From Mobula hypostoma (Eukaryota), in the NCBI RefSeq assembly GCF_963921235.1, contig NC_086097.1:128466001-128530000 (forward strand): DNA of 64,000 nt, given 5' to 3'. The notes beneath the pieces are model-generated. The model was not told the DNA's origin. It saw only the letters and a list, made by a program, of their open reading frames with translations, and ran no database searches. The translations under genes and the position numbers were made by a program. Shown piece by piece: positions 1 to 12,997 of the stretch. Each line of letters begins with the position of its first letter. The first letter of the stretch is position 1.

Positions 1-94
1 TCTGGTATGTTTTCGAAGGCACACACTCATCCACACAGGTCTTCATGAAGTCAGCGAAAATTGTGACGTATACGTTTAGATTTGAAGATTAATC

Positions 95-735
95 CGTGCA
101 TATTGTCCCATCCACTGACTCAAGGTTAGTGCTCTCTGCCTTCCTTGACCATACCTTCTTGGTCCTCACCACCAGTATTGCAGTCCTTAGTCTCAGCTTT
201 TTTGCTGGGAGTAGAAGTACAGCCAGGTGATTGGACTTTCAAGGAAGCCAGAGAAGATAGGCATTTATCATTGGCAGGCTCGACCAAGATATACAATTGT
301 GCATCATTTGCATAACAATGGAAATAAAGTTTATGCTCTTTAATGCTGTCTCCTATGGAGACAACGTATAAGAAGAGTAGGGACCAAGATAACATCCCTG
401 AGCAACACTTAAAGGTAAATCTTATCGCTTAGAAAATTGGTCTCTGAGATACAATGTATGAGCAAAACCAAATAATAGTGTTACCAGAGAGGCCAGCACC
501 ATTCTCAAGGTGATGTAGAAGAATGCTGTGGTCAATTGTGTCAAACGGGGTGTAGATCTAAGAGAATTAGAACTGAGAACCTGTTGTTTCAGTGCTGAGC
601 CAAAGGTTGCTGACAATTTTGGTAAGGGCCATCTCCATGCTGTGGCTTGCTCTAAAAACTGATTGAAACTTCTCGAGAATATTGTTCTAGTGAGTAACAA
701 GACCTGTAATCTGTTGAGAGTTTTATTCATACTTT
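95..735 (-). mobile_element. L2-clade LINE, decayed reverse transcriptase fragment
   Basis: Minus-strand translation gives YFHCYANDAQLY, matching the L2 FHCYADDTQLY motif. Upstream RT sequence resembles LDL-AFDTIDH and is frameshifted. Confidence 0.8.
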
Positions 736-974
736 AGAAACAGATTTGTTTTTAATGTAGAATACTAAAACTGGTAAAGGAGCAATGATCATGAAAACAG
801 AATTGGCTCAACTAGCCCTTTAGAAATGGGAAGTAGTCATTCTCACTAAGTCCAACCAGTGCTATTTGTGCCGTACCTGTCACCAGTCTCTACTTACCCA
901 TCACGTCTTGGTCTGGCCTATCACTGACTTTGTTATTTTTTTTATCATAGAGTCAAGCTGTCAAGGGTCAAATT

Positions 975-1435
975 TTATCATTAAGCTGGAAAGGTTGCAA
1001 AGGACATTGATGAGGATACAGCTGAAACCAGAATTATGGAGAGAAATTCAACGGGTTGAGATTTCATTCATGGGATTGTAGGAGAATGAGAGGTGATCTT
1101 ATAGACACATATAAGATCACTAGGGGCATAGAAAGGGCAAATGTATACAGTCTTTTTTTTCCCAGGATTGGGGAATCTAGAACAGGAGGCTATGAGTTTA
1201 AGGTGAGAAGGGAGAGATTTAATAGGAGCCTGAGGGGTAACTTTATGGACTGAGCTGCCAAAGGAAGTTTTAAGGCAGGCGCATTATCATCATTTAAAAG
1301 GTATATGGTCAGGTGGATGAATTGGAAAGGTTGAGAGGGATATGGTCAAATGTGGGCAAATGGGAAACTTGGCTGGCATAAACCAGTTAAGGCTGAAGGA
1401 TCTGTTTCCTTGTTATTTGACTCTATCACTCTATA
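975..1435 (+). mobile_element. CR1 LINE 3' fragment
   Basis: RRMRGDLIDTYKITRGIER and SRTGGYEFKV match the CR1 ORF2 C-terminus; a CR1-type 3' UTR follows. Confidence 0.85.
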
Positions 1436-1439
1436 ACCC

Positions 1440-1990
1440 AATGAGACTCATGAAGTCTTACAGCACAGAAACAATCTTTTGGCCCAACTGGTCCATGTTG
1501 ACTAAGATGCCCAGCTAAGCTAGTCCCATTTACTTGCATTAGGCCATATCACTCTCCACTTATCCTGTCCATGTATTGTCTAAATGTCATTTAAATATTG
1601 TTTGACCTGCCCTGCCTCTACCACTTGCCCTGATAGCTGGTTCCATATACAGTATGCACCACCCTTTATGTGAAGAATTGCCACATAGCTTCTGTTTAAA
1701 CCTTAACCCCCCTCACCTTCAACTTATGTCCTCTAGTTTTGATCCCCTTCCCCTGGGAAAAAGACTGGGAGTACTAACCCTATCTATGCACATCTTGACT
1801 TTATATACCTGCAATAGTTCACCAGTCTCCTCCGTTCCAGGCACAAAGGCCCTGGCCTGCCCACCCTCTCCATTTAACTCAGGCCCTCGAGTCCTGTCAA
1901 CATACTTAGAAATCTTCTTTGCACTCTTTCCAGCTTAATTAAGTCTTTCCTATGATTGGCTAAGCAAAACTGTACACAATACTCCAGATC
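1440..1990 (-). mobile_element. CR1 LINE 3' fragment, tail-to-tail with the previous copy
   Basis: Reverse complement of the CR1 3' UTR and ORF2 end (caaaactgtacacaatactcc encodes EYCVQF). Confidence 0.75.
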
Positions 1991-1999
1991 TTTGTCTTC

Positions 2000-2300
2000 A
2001 AGTCCAGTAGGGTTGCTGGCTCATGACTCTGGCAAGCTAAGTTCAGTTCCAACCTTAGGTGTTGTCTGTGTGGAGATTGCACGTTCTCTCTGCCAACGCT
2101 TGGATTTCCTCTAGATGCTCAATTTCCTTTCCACAGATGGGCAGGTTTGTGGTTTAAGTAGTTACTGTAAATTGCCCCCTGGGACATAGGTGTGTAGTAG
2201 AACTTTACAATGTTGAGCAGGTTGTAGAGGGAAGAAAACAGGGTTAGTGTTGGGTGGGCTCAGAGTCCTGCTTTCATTCTGTATAACTCCATGAATCACT
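2000..2300 (+). mobile_element. Degenerate V-SINE (HE1-like)
   Basis: Decayed tRNA-like head, then tgtgtggagattgcacgttctc...tttcctctagatgctcaatttcctttccaca (V-domain) and a CR1-type tail. Confidence 0.6.
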
Positions 2301-3169
2301 CCATAGCCTTAACTCTCCCTGATCTCTATAAAATCCCTGTCTCTGGAACTCTAAGAATTCTAATATTGTCCAAATCTAATCACTCCATAATAGGCAGCTG
2401 TGTTGTCAGCTAGACCTTTCCCTCTCATTCCTCCATTTTAACTCTTCTATTTAAAAACTGATCTGTTTGACCAAGCCTTCAGTTATCTATACTAATAGTC
2501 AAATAAAATCAGAAACTGCCTTTCTAATTCTCTTGAAAGGTCATCAGCTAGAAACCCTGTTTCTCACTCCCACAGGAATTTCCAATGTTTCTGATATTAT
2601 TTGTATGTAAATGGAAACTCAGGCAGGTTTATTAACTCTATGGAACGGTATGTCCCATTACAAACCTTCCTCAGAATAATATCTCCCTCAACCTCTTTTT
2701 ATACTGAGCTCTTCTGAAAAACTTATAAGCATACCTTAATAGCTATGCATAAAGTGAGTGATCATCAGTTGTCTGTTTTTCTTCATTAATCTATTAGGAA
2801 GTGGATGTTGCTGTCACACTGGGGTGCTGGGAACAGACCCAAATGCGAGACACAGACACGGAAGTACCAGGAACAGGACTTGACTAGAGTAGGGTTGTGA
2901 CAGGATACAGACCAGGAGCAGGGACAAGAACGCAGACTTGGGCTAGGGAAAGTGGGACCAGGACTAGAAACCATGGACTAGGAGACAAGGCTTCGACTCC
3001 AAGCCCGAGACTGGACAAGGACCCAGAACGTGGGTCTTGCCTTGGGCTCGGACCCCAGAACCAGGCAAGGACATGACATGGCTTCAGGACAGGACATGGC
3101 TGGGGTCTAGAGGCCTGAGTTTGGAGACAGGCTGGGGTCTTTGTGCTTGAGGCTGGGGTCTTGCTCTTG

Positions 3170-3440
3170 CGGCTTGAGGCTGGGGTCTTCGAGGCTTGGG
3201 TTCTTGGGTTCTTGGAGCTTGGCTTGGGCTCTTCGAGGCTTGGGTTCTTGGAGCTTGGCTTGGGCTCTTCGAGGCTTGGGTTCTTGGAGCTTGACTTGGC
3301 CTCTTCGAGGCTTCAGTTCTTGGAGCTTCTCCTGGGCAGGGCGCGGGCCTTGGGTCTTGAGCTATGGAGACTAGGGTCTTCAGGCTTGGGTTCTTGGAGC
3401 TCGGCTTGGGATCTCCGAGGCTTGGGTTCTTGGAGCAACT
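3170..3440. repeat. 36-bp minisatellite inside the LTR
   Basis: Unit ctcttcgaggcttgggttcttggagcttggcttggg; cttcgagg recurs at 3231, 3267 and 3303. Confidence 0.9.
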
Positions 3441-3489
3441 CCTAGGCAGGACGCGGAACTCTTGGGCAGGACGCAGAACTTCACCCCAC

Positions 3490-3720
3490 AGAGGCAAGGA
3501 CAGTGAGGGACAGATCCAACCGCAGGGTAACAGCAAACGGCCTGCTTTCCTGAAAGAGGCAAGGGATAGGAAGAGACAGATCCAAATGCAGGGTAACAGC
3601 AAATGGCCTGCTTACCTGTCAGAGGCAAGGGACAGGAAGGGACAGAACCAACCGCAGGGTAACAGCAATTACAGCCTGGCTTACTCAATGGAGGCAAGGA
3701 CAGGAAGGGAGTTAAGTCCG
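3490..3720. repeat. ~66-bp tandem repeat inside the LTR (about 3.5 copies)
   Basis: gaggcaag...caaccgcagggtaacagcaa units start at about 3491, 3556, 3622 and 3691. Confidence 0.85.
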
Positions 3721-4086
3721 GGGTGGCTCTGAGTCTCAGGGCAGCCAGCAACCTTGGCTGGCTACAGAAACAGCCAAATCCATACCACAATGACTGCTCC
3801 GACAAGTGGCAACAAGGCTCCATGAAGTGGTGGTCCTCCAACCAGGCCTAGAGATCACAAATGGTTTCACTAGCCTTCTATCAGCAGGTTGCTCCAAAGG
3901 GGACTGACAAGACAAACCAGCAGCTCACACCCGACCCCAAGGCCACTTATATTCCAAGCCGCAAGATGGGAATCAGGTGCCTATGATTAACTCAACCAAA
4001 TGAGGGACAGCTGGAAGACCCGGAGTCCTGAGTCCATGGACCGGACCGTGAACTGGAATGCAGACTTCACGGACCAGACCATGCCA

Positions 4087-5280
4087 GGTACCGGCAAAAG
4101 CAGCATTAATTACATATTCTTAATGCCCCGTGAGAAGATGGTGATGAGTCACCTTCTTGAATACATCTAGTGAACATGCTGCCACCGTGTTGTTAGATGG
4201 TGACTTCCAAAATTTAGACCTGGCGCTATTTCCAAGATGTTAAGGAGTCATGGTGTTCCCATGGACCTGTTGCTTTTGAGCTTCTTGGTAACAGCGGCTA
4301 CAGGTGTTGCAGATACTATCAGAGTGGCCTAACCAAGCACTTTGTAGATGGTGATCACCATGCATTGGTGCAGAAGGGTGTAAAAACTGAAGATGGTGCA
4401 CTGCATACATTGTAATGGACGACGCATTGGACTTGTTGGAATTGTACTCATTCGGGAATTTGGAGAATATTCCACCACATTCTGGCAGCTGGTGGAAAAG
4501 GTTTTGGGGGGATCAGGAGGTGACCTATTCATCCTCTGGCCTGCTTTAATGAGAGGTCCTGCTAAATTTCTGGTCTAAGCTAGATGTTGATTGTGGCAGG
4601 ATCAGTTATGGTAAACATAGAACATAGAACATAACAGCACAGTACAAACCATTGGGCGCACAATGTTGTGCCAAACCTTTACCCTCTATTATGATCTTTT
4701 AACCTTTCCCTCCTACATAAACCTCTATTTTTATATTATCTATATACCTATCTAAGAGTTCCTTAAATGTCCCTCCCTCTACCACCACTCCTGGCAGCAC
4801 ATTCTACGCACCCACAACTCTCTGCATGAAAAATTTGTGTGAAGCTATTGAACATGAAGGATAGGTAATGAGGCTCTCTTTTGTTGGAGATGGCATTACC
4901 TAGTACATATGTAGTATGAATATTGTCTGTCGGTGATGAGCAAAGACCTGAAGGTTGACACAAATGGCTGCAGCTGCTGGAATATGGAGCAATGAGTGAG
5001 TTACTGGAGGAACTCAACGGGATGAGCAACATCAGTGGGATGAAGGAATTTCCTGATGCTCGTTTTTGACCCAAAACATTGACAGTTCCTTTTGCTCCAC
5101 ATTTGTTGCTCGATCTGTTGAGTTCTTCCAGCAGACTGTTTGTCATACTTGAATGTTGTCTAGGTCTTGCTGCATGCAGGCATGCACTGGGGTGCTGCTG
5201 AAAGAACTGAACATTGTGCAGTCATCGGCGAACATCCCCACTGCTGACCTTGTAATGGAAGGCAAATCACTGAGGATAAT
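4087..5280 (-). mobile_element. Old CR1/L2-group LINE remnant, interrupted by a CR1 3' tail (4615-4830) and a Penelope end (4940-5150)
   Basis: Reverse complement of the common shark LINE tail (gcatttattgcccatccctaattgcccttgagaagg-like); continues the sequence before 2812. Confidence 0.55.
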
Positions 5281-5359
5281 CGAATAGAATAAGAAGTACG
5301 GTGGAAACAGTGATACTCTTGGAGAGGTAATGGTGTGGAATTTAATCCAACAGAGTCAA

Positions 5360-6740
5360 AGATTCATACAGCTTAGAAACAGGCCCTTCAACCCTTCTGA
5401 CCCATGCCGATCAAGAAGCCCATCCAAAATAATCCTATTTGCCTGCATTTCACATTTGTCACTCTGTATCTTTCTTACCCATGTACCAAGTGGCTTTTAA
5501 TGTACCTATCTCAGCCACTTCCTCCAGCAGTTCATTTCATATACTGTCCACTCTCAGGGTGGAAAACATCCCCTCAGGTTCCTGTTAAATCTCTTCCCTC
5601 TCCTCTTAAATGTATGCCTCAAGTTCTTTATTCCCCTACCTAGAGAAAGGGATTGTGCACATTGACCTTATATCTGCCCCTCATGATTTTATACACCTCT
5701 GTAAGATCACCCATCATGTTCTTATGCTGCAATGAAAAAAGTGCCAGTCTCTTTAACCTTTCTCTATAACTCAGTCTCTGGAGTTCTAACATTTTCATAA
5801 ATCTTCTCCTCATACCTTTGAACTTAATGTCATCTTTCCTTTAGCAGGGTGACCAAAACTGAACACAATATTCCTAGGCAACACATACAAAATGCTGGAG
5901 GAACTCAGTAGGCCAGGCAGTATCTATGGAAATGAATAGACAGTCGACGTTTCGGGCCGAGACCCAATGTGGCCTCGCTGATGTATTGTACAACTACAAC
6001 TTAGCATCCCAACTCTATATTCAATGCACTGACTGATGAAGGCCAGTGTGACAAAAGTCTTCGTCACCACCGTATCTACCTGCAATGCCACGTTCTGGGA
6101 ACCATGAGTTTGTACTCCTAGATTCCTCTAGGAGAGGATTCGGCTCAGTATATCACAGGTAAAGCCCTCCCAACCATTGAGCACACCTATATGAAATGCA
6201 GTCATAGGAAAGCAGCATCCATCATTAGAGATCCTCACCACCCAGGCCATGCTCTTTTCTCACAGCTGCCATCAGGTAGAAGGTACAAGAGCCACAGGCC
6301 TCGCACCACCAGGTTCAAGAACAGTTACTACTCCTCAACCATCGGGCTCTTGAACAAAAGGGGATAATAACACTCACTTGCCCATCCATTATTCCGACAA
6401 CCAATGATCTGACTTTAAGTCCCTTTTACCTTGTTATTTCATGTTCTTGTTATTTACTGCTATTTATTTATTTTTGCATTTACACAGTTTGTTGTCTTCT
6501 TCACTGTTGTTGATCTTTCACTGATTCTGTTATAGATACAATTCTATAGATTTGCTGAGTATGCCCACAGGAAAATGAATCTCAGGGTTGTATGTGGTAA
6601 CATAAATGTACTTTGATGATAAAATTACTTTGACCTTTGAACTTTTGAACTTTCTACAAAACTCTCCAGGGCCTTCACCGTGAAATTCCCATCCTGATTT
6701 GTCTTCCCAAAATGTAATACATTACACTTACCTGTATTAA
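5360..6740 (-). mobile_element. CR1 LINE fragment split by a Penelope piece (~5878-5965) and a Rex1 piece (~6130-6650)
   Basis: CR1 sequence rejoins across both inserts: gaacacaatattcc|caatgtggcctc and gattcctct|ttctacaaaactctccagggcc. Confidence 0.75.
6130..6650 (+). mobile_element. Rex1/Babar LINE 3' end
   Basis: KAASIIRDPHHPGHALFSQLPSGRRYKS-type C-terminus, AT-rich 3' UTR and (TTGAAC)n tail. Confidence 0.85.
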
Positions 6741-9419
6741 ACTACTGCGGTCAAATCAAAAAATAAGGAAACAGAGGAGGAATATATGAACAAAAAGGGG
6801 TTGGGTTTATGTGCAGCGAAACCAAAACCAATAATGGGTTGAACTAGTGTTGTAAATTCCATGTAAACTGAGGTATTGCTATGTGTAACCATACTCTGTG
6901 CATGTCTGCACAGTCAGTACGAAGCCCAGGGTTTTATGTGGAAATGCCTGAGATCACAATCACTCACACAGCACTGATGAATGAAAATGCTTTAATCCCC
7001 TAGATAGGGCCATTCCAGGCTGATTTCTCATTGGCACAACAATCAAGCTCAAAGAAGCTCCTTTCACTTCACATCCACTAAACATATCATTCACATCCAA
7101 TTAGGCACCAATTAGCACAGGGCAGCGGCAAATCTAAAGTGGGAAATTGAGCTGGTTGCTGTATCTGTCCAGTGTGTTCGAAGTGACACTGAACAATTGC
7201 ATGTCTCGTTCTGAAACAACCCTGTGGTGAAGTAGATGGTATCCATTTTCTTGTTGCTATCTTTTCTCAGACTAGTTTGTAGTTGATAGCTGTCAAAAAA
7301 TGAAAATAGGTTTCTACTGAGAATTCGGGATGAAATCTCACATGCAAAGGGTGAACAATGGGAATCTCAAGGGAAGTGCGATGGTAAGGACATTTCACTC
7401 GTTATCTTAAACTTTGTGTGGTATTGTTGTTAAGAAATATCTTGGAAGGCCTATCTGCATCAAAGGCCATATGTAAATACAGATTTTTTTGTCTGATAAG
7501 TGGACAATGCAGGTTGCAAACTTGTTCTCTTTTCTATGCTCTTCATTAAGATCCACTTCTGAAACTTGCCTGCATTGAAGTTAATAGAAGCAAAAGTTTG
7601 GAAGTGAATTTTAATGTATTTACATTAGAATATTGCATACTTTGTGATGTTTTCTGTTTGGGCCATAGTTTCCATGGTTGTCATGACTTGAAATCATGAA
7701 ACAGGAATTCACTCTGACAGCTTAAAGTCTCAGCATGTAAGATAATTGCTCTTTGGAGTCTTCATGAAGACATTACAGGTGTTTTTCTTCCTTTCAAGGT
7801 AGATGAGGTCATTTGTGAAATCCAGCCTGCACTGTGGTTGAAGCCAATGAATTCTTAGACCAGAGACTGAATTAAAGCTACAGCACAGTGTTAAATCTCA
7901 GTGAGTCACTTGGGAAAATAATGGGTGGACTGTCAGTTGTTTCTGCATATATGGAATTGAAACGTTGATAATTTAAGGAGATGTAGAGTAAGATTGACCT
8001 GTTCTCCAATCTGAACTTTATTCACCAGAATTTCAAGAGAATGAGAAGTGATCTTACAGGGGTATTTTAAATCACAAGAGGTAATATGCACAATGTCCGG
8101 GGTTGTGGAGCTAAAAAATAATACAATCTGGTTTAAGGTGAGAGGGAATTCATTTAAGAGAAAACTGAGGGTATTCTTTTCACCCAGACAATGGTCAGTA
8201 TATGGAATGAGCTGCTGGAGGAAGTTGTTGAGGCAAGTACATTAACAACATTTAAAAGTGCCTTGGAGAAAGTGGCCTGAACTCTAGTTCTGGGTCATAC
8301 TAAGTATTTATTGTGTGTGAATTAACATCAGTGGTAATATCAGTACATCTCACTGTATGACAACTAAACCTTCCCTTCATGTCTGGCAGTAGATTTCCTT
8401 TCAGTATCTAACAATGACAGCTAGACATTATCCTGGGCACTCTGTGCAATATTACATTAACTCATCAATCTATCTCAATTGGATAATGATCTTTAATCAG
8501 TTTCTTGCAGGGGAGTCTATAAATTGACCAGAGCTTTTTTCTTCTCTGGAGGACCCTTGTGCTCATCTCCATTTGTGCTAATGCCTAGCTTTCAAGAGAG
8601 TAAATATCCATTCACAAAGTCTATTCTATTCTGCTTGAAGGCGTCGGGCTGTGTTCTGTTGATTTTTCATGGTTCTCTTTCAAAAAGGGTTGAAGAGAGC
8701 TACATGCCAGCTCTCCCAGGGGTGCCCCTGTAGCCCTGCTACATCACAAGGGCCCACCATTCTCATTAAGCCTGACCCATCGTTAGCCTGCTTTGTGTCA
8801 GCCCTAGTGATCGAAGCGTTGGGCTCACCCCCGGAACACAATTCCAAACGGGAAGGATGAAACAGGTCAGCAGCCACCAGTCATCAGGCTGGAGCTGACG
8901 TGTCGATGGATGGTGGGGATTTCTCTGTTTTGTCCGTCACTGCACAGAAGGGCTCGATAATAGGATGGGGGCGGGGAGAAGTCTCCATTGATTGCCAACT
9001 TTTTTCGACAAGTGCCTTATGTAGGAAGTGCCTGAGTGGTTTGCAGCCTATTGTTGTTTAAGTGCTTAGCTGTGTACAGATGAAAACCAGTCAGCCTGTT
9101 AAATAAAGCCGAATAGCCACCCCCCATTGTCAAGGAATACTAGCCTCTCGCTCGACACAAGTTTTATTTGTAAAGGGGCAGTGTCAAAGAAGGATGAGGC
9201 TGATACTTGTTCATTGTGTTGAAGGCAGTCTCAAGCCGGGAATAGCACATCGATGTAAAAATCTGTGGTTGTCTATGCATGGATAGAAACTCAGCTTCCC
9301 TGGAATTAGGATATGCTTCTGATGGTGTGCACATTTTTATGGCTGGAGTGTAGCCCCGCCTGCTTCAGGGGCCAGCACAAGCCCAGCTGTATGCAGGGGA
9401 GATGAAGTCAAGGCAATTT

Positions 9420-10025
9420 GAGTTTATTGATGTGTCACAAATATGATGTGGTACAAATACAATGAAAGCTTGCTTGCAACAACATCACAGATACGGAGTT
9501 AAATTAAATATCGGATTATACCATACTGGTTAAAAAGACTGTATTAAACACAAAACATTAGTGCAAGAAAAAAGAGGCACAACTGAAGACAAGTCCATAG
9601 TAGTGCCAGAGGTAGTCGGTAGTGTCCTATTGCTTGTGCAAGTAGATTCAAGGATCTGATGATAATAGGAAAGTAGCTGTTGCTGAACCTGAGACTTCAT
9701 GTTTCTCTACTTCCTGTTTGACAGTAGCAGTGAGAAAAGGGCATGGTCCAGTTGCTGGGGATCCTTGCTGACAGATGCTACCCTCTTGAACCAGTGCCTA
9801 CTGTAGGTGCTTGGAAAGGCAGGGCTCATGATGGACCAGACTATGTCCGCAACTCTCTGCCATCCCTAGTGTTCCTGTGCATGTAAATTACCATACCAAG
9901 CTGTGATGATACTTTCAACACAATGTTGTTTGAGTATTTGGTGACATGCCAAACCTCTCTAAGCTTCTGAGAAAGTAGAGGTGCTGGTATGTCTTCTTCG
10001 CGATTGCATCAATATGTTGAGCCTC
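9420..10025 (-). mobile_element. Rex1/Babar LINE 3' fragment
   Basis: QHIDAIAKKTYQHLYFLRSLERFGMS on the minus strand, with the 3' UTR toward 9420. Confidence 0.8.
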
Positions 10026-10544
10026 AAATTCTTTCAGTTTGCTTTCATGGATGCTGTTGAGGGTGCCAGAAATCACAGGGCAGACCAGCTCACTGAGTTT
10101 CCCTTCCTCATCACCAGCCCCCAATCAACCAGCCTGTCCACACTCTCCTGAAGTGATATGACACTGATACTCCCTTAGTAGCTATCCTGTGGCCTCATTT
10201 AGTGAGGTTGTCAATCTATGCTTCCTTTTTAATCAAAATCCATACGAATTGCAACATTCCCAGATTGAGCTCAGGCTCAAACATATTTGATGATCTTCTC
10301 CCTACAGCTAAGACTGCATTGGTAGAAAAGAGTGGTAGTGACTAGTCACAGAATAGAAACAAATAATAACCTTCATCTCTGTAGCACTTTTGATCAACTC
10401 AAAATCTTCCAAAGTGTCTCACAGTCAGTGAGGTGTGATGAGAAAATGAGGAGCCGAAGTGCGAACAGCAAGATCCAAAGTAGGGATTCTGAACAGTAAT
10501 CTGCCTTCAGTGGTAAATCCTGTCCAGGCAACCAGGGACTAATT

Positions 10545-10575
10545 CCCCTCCTCCTCCTCCTCCTCCTCCTCCTCA
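10545..10575. repeat. (CCT)n microsatellite
   Basis: About 9 CCT units. Confidence 0.95.
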
Positions 10576-11399
10576 AAGTTAGATCACAGGATCATTCACA
10601 TCCCCACGGAAGAGCTGATATGGTTTTGGTATAATGTCTGATATGGCTGTGTGCTGTGATAGACCCAGTGATTAATCTACTTTGGAAATCTGTTTTCCAT
10701 CCTCTTCCTTTTCTCTTACAGATTGACTTGGACCGATTTGTGATCTGTACATGTTGCAGTGTTTGCAACTCTACCTTCCGGGGCACCAGACTGTCAGGTT
10801 AAACTTTTGTTATTCAGGGAGTTTTATGGCTCTTTTCTAACTTTGTGGCTGCACTTCCACTCCTTTCTGTATAGTGGCTGCCTCCTCTGTCTTTCAGTCC
10901 AGATGAATTGTGTTGACCCAAATCACCAGCTGCCCATTTCCCTCCACCTTGACCCAATGAATTCTTCCATCTTCCTGTTTGTTGCTCCAGATTCCAGCCT
11001 ATGCTTTAGAAGGTCATGGACTGTGTGATGTTTTGGAGATTTGGATGTGGAGAAAAGTGTCATTACCATTGCTTCAGCTTTTTGCATCCTATTAGAATTT
11101 TGCTTCTGGTCAAGATGGTGCCGAGTTGCAATCTCCATCAAGATCAGGATTCAGACATGTTTTTTTTAATTTGTAGAGGTGGTTTTGGGGACAGAAAGGG
11201 GAGTTGGGAGTCAGTATAGGAATATGGAGGGGTTTGAGGTCAGCCCAGAGCTTAGCCTCTGCTCTGCACTCTGCGTTCAAGGGCCAGCAATGTGGATATG
11301 GGATGAAGGACATCCAGAGTCCAAGCCTTCACTTCACACTCTTTGCTCTATGCTGATGTGTGATGAAAGACATCCATTGGTGTCGGACTGTGCCAGATT

Positions 11400-11830
11400 G
11401 CCACATCCCGGGACAGGATTTTCACGCGAACAGGAGGCACAAGGGCTGGCCAGTCAGCAAGCTCAGAGTTCAAGGCATAGAAGTTGGGCTCCTAAAATAA
11501 GCTAGTCTGCGGGTTGATACCTAAGACCAAAGCCCGAGGGTCGATTGGAAGTCCAGAATTCAAAGCCTAGAGACCGGAGGCCTGTCATGAGGTTGAAGGT
11601 CCGCCTGTGTGTGCGGGTAGGTGGTAAGGAGGAAAGGGGCTTGTTTTGCTGTTGTGTTGTTGTTTGTTGTGTTCTGTATTTTTCTGCCAAGCATTGGGAG
11701 CATGCTATCTTGGTGCCAAAACATGTGGGATGCCCACAACACACCTTTAGGTGTGTTGGTTGTGAATACATTTAACTGTATGTTTCCATAGACATGTGAT
11801 AAATAAATTAATCCGAATCTGAATCTGAAC
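11400..11830 (+). mobile_element. Non-autonomous retroposon with a Rex1-like 3' tail
   Basis: GC-rich head, GTT-rich body, ending in atgtgataaataaa...(ATCTGA)n like Rex1 tails. Confidence 0.5.
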
Positions 11831-11942
11831 TGTGACTACCGAAGAAGAATTAAACAAGTAGCCTTTCAGCACCGGATCTAACCTAGGTTGCCACTATGCT
11901 ATTTTGGTAGCCACAACAGGATACATAAAGCTATAAAATATA

Positions 11943-12634
11943 GAGTGCCTATAAAAAGTATTCACAGTTCCCCTGGAAGTTTTCAGTTCCATAGATTTGC
12001 AACATTGAATCACAATGGATTTAATTTGGCTTTATTTGACACTGATCAACAGAAAAAGACTCTTTTGTATGAAAGTAAGAACAGATCTCTACAAAGTGAT
12101 CTAAATTAATTACAAATATAAAGCACAAAATAATTGATTGCATAAGTATTCGCCCCCTTCGAGTCAAAGCTACATAGGAGTAGCTACAAAACAACGAAGT
12201 TAATGTCCTGGAGTGGCCAAGACAGAGTCCAAACTTGAATCCATTTAAGAATTTGTGTCTGGACTTAAAAAAGGCTATTCACTCATGATCCCCATGCAGT
12301 CTGACAGAGCTTGGGCAGTTTTGTAAAAATGAATGCGGAATAACTGCAGTGTCCAGATGTGCAAAGCTGATAGATATCTATCCACACAGACTCAAGGCTG
12401 AAATTGCTGGCAAAGGTGCATGGAGTAAATACTGACATGAAGGGGGTGAATACTTATGCAATTAATTATTTTATGTTTTATATTTGTAATTTATTTAGAT
12501 CACATTGACACCAAAGTAACTTTTTTTGTTGATCAGTGTCAAAAAAAGCCACATTATATCCACTATGATTCAATATTGTAAAACAATAAAACATGAAAAC
12601 TTCCAAGAGGGGTGAATACTTTTTGTAGACACTG
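11943..12634 (+). mobile_element. Internally deleted Tc1 (IR/DR type) DNA transposon
   Basis: TA-flanked. ~200-bp inverted termini each contain two copies of the aagtattc(a/g)c / gtgaatactt direct repeat. Internal WPRQSPNLNPFKNL resembles Tc1 WPSQSPDLNPIENL and ends GKGAWSKY*. Confidence 0.9.
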
Positions 12635-12997
12635 TATTCTTATCCTTAACTCTTTGTCCATTGGCAACCTTACTCAGTGGGATGAAATGGGATGTTTTGA
12701 GGTAGCTGTTCGTGACAGCTTCAGCCCATTGCTCAGCTCTGGAGAAGAAAGCTTTGACTTCAACTCTTGAATACAACGGCCTAAACACAAGAGATGTCAG
12801 AAATCCAGACTAGCAGATGAACTGATCAGAGTATCTGATCCAGTCCTGTTAAAAAATCTTGGCCCGAAATGTTGACAGTGTATTCCTGTCCATAGATGCT
12901 GCCTGACCTGTTGAATTCCTCCAGAATTTTCTGTGTGGTACAGAGACCTAGGGTGGTTTTCCACCTCAGCACAGTGGGAATGCTGTTCTATCATTCA

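Larger units (their letters stand above)
2812..4086 (-). mobile_element. Solo LTR (Gypsy-type) with internal tandem repeats
   Basis: Reverse-complement homolog of 59120-60074. On the minus strand it reads TGGCA...TGACA. Degenerate 5-bp flanks GTTGC/GGTAC. It interrupts an older LINE tail. Confidence 0.75.

Noticed and set aside
3084..3602. 172-aa repetitive Pro/Gln/Ser-rich ORF
   Set aside because: Product of a 36-bp minisatellite inside an LTR; it is open in several frames on both strands.
3170..3720. Regularly spaced repeats resembling a CRISPR array
   Set aside because: Head-to-tail tandem units with no unique spacers, no cas genes, and a vertebrate context.
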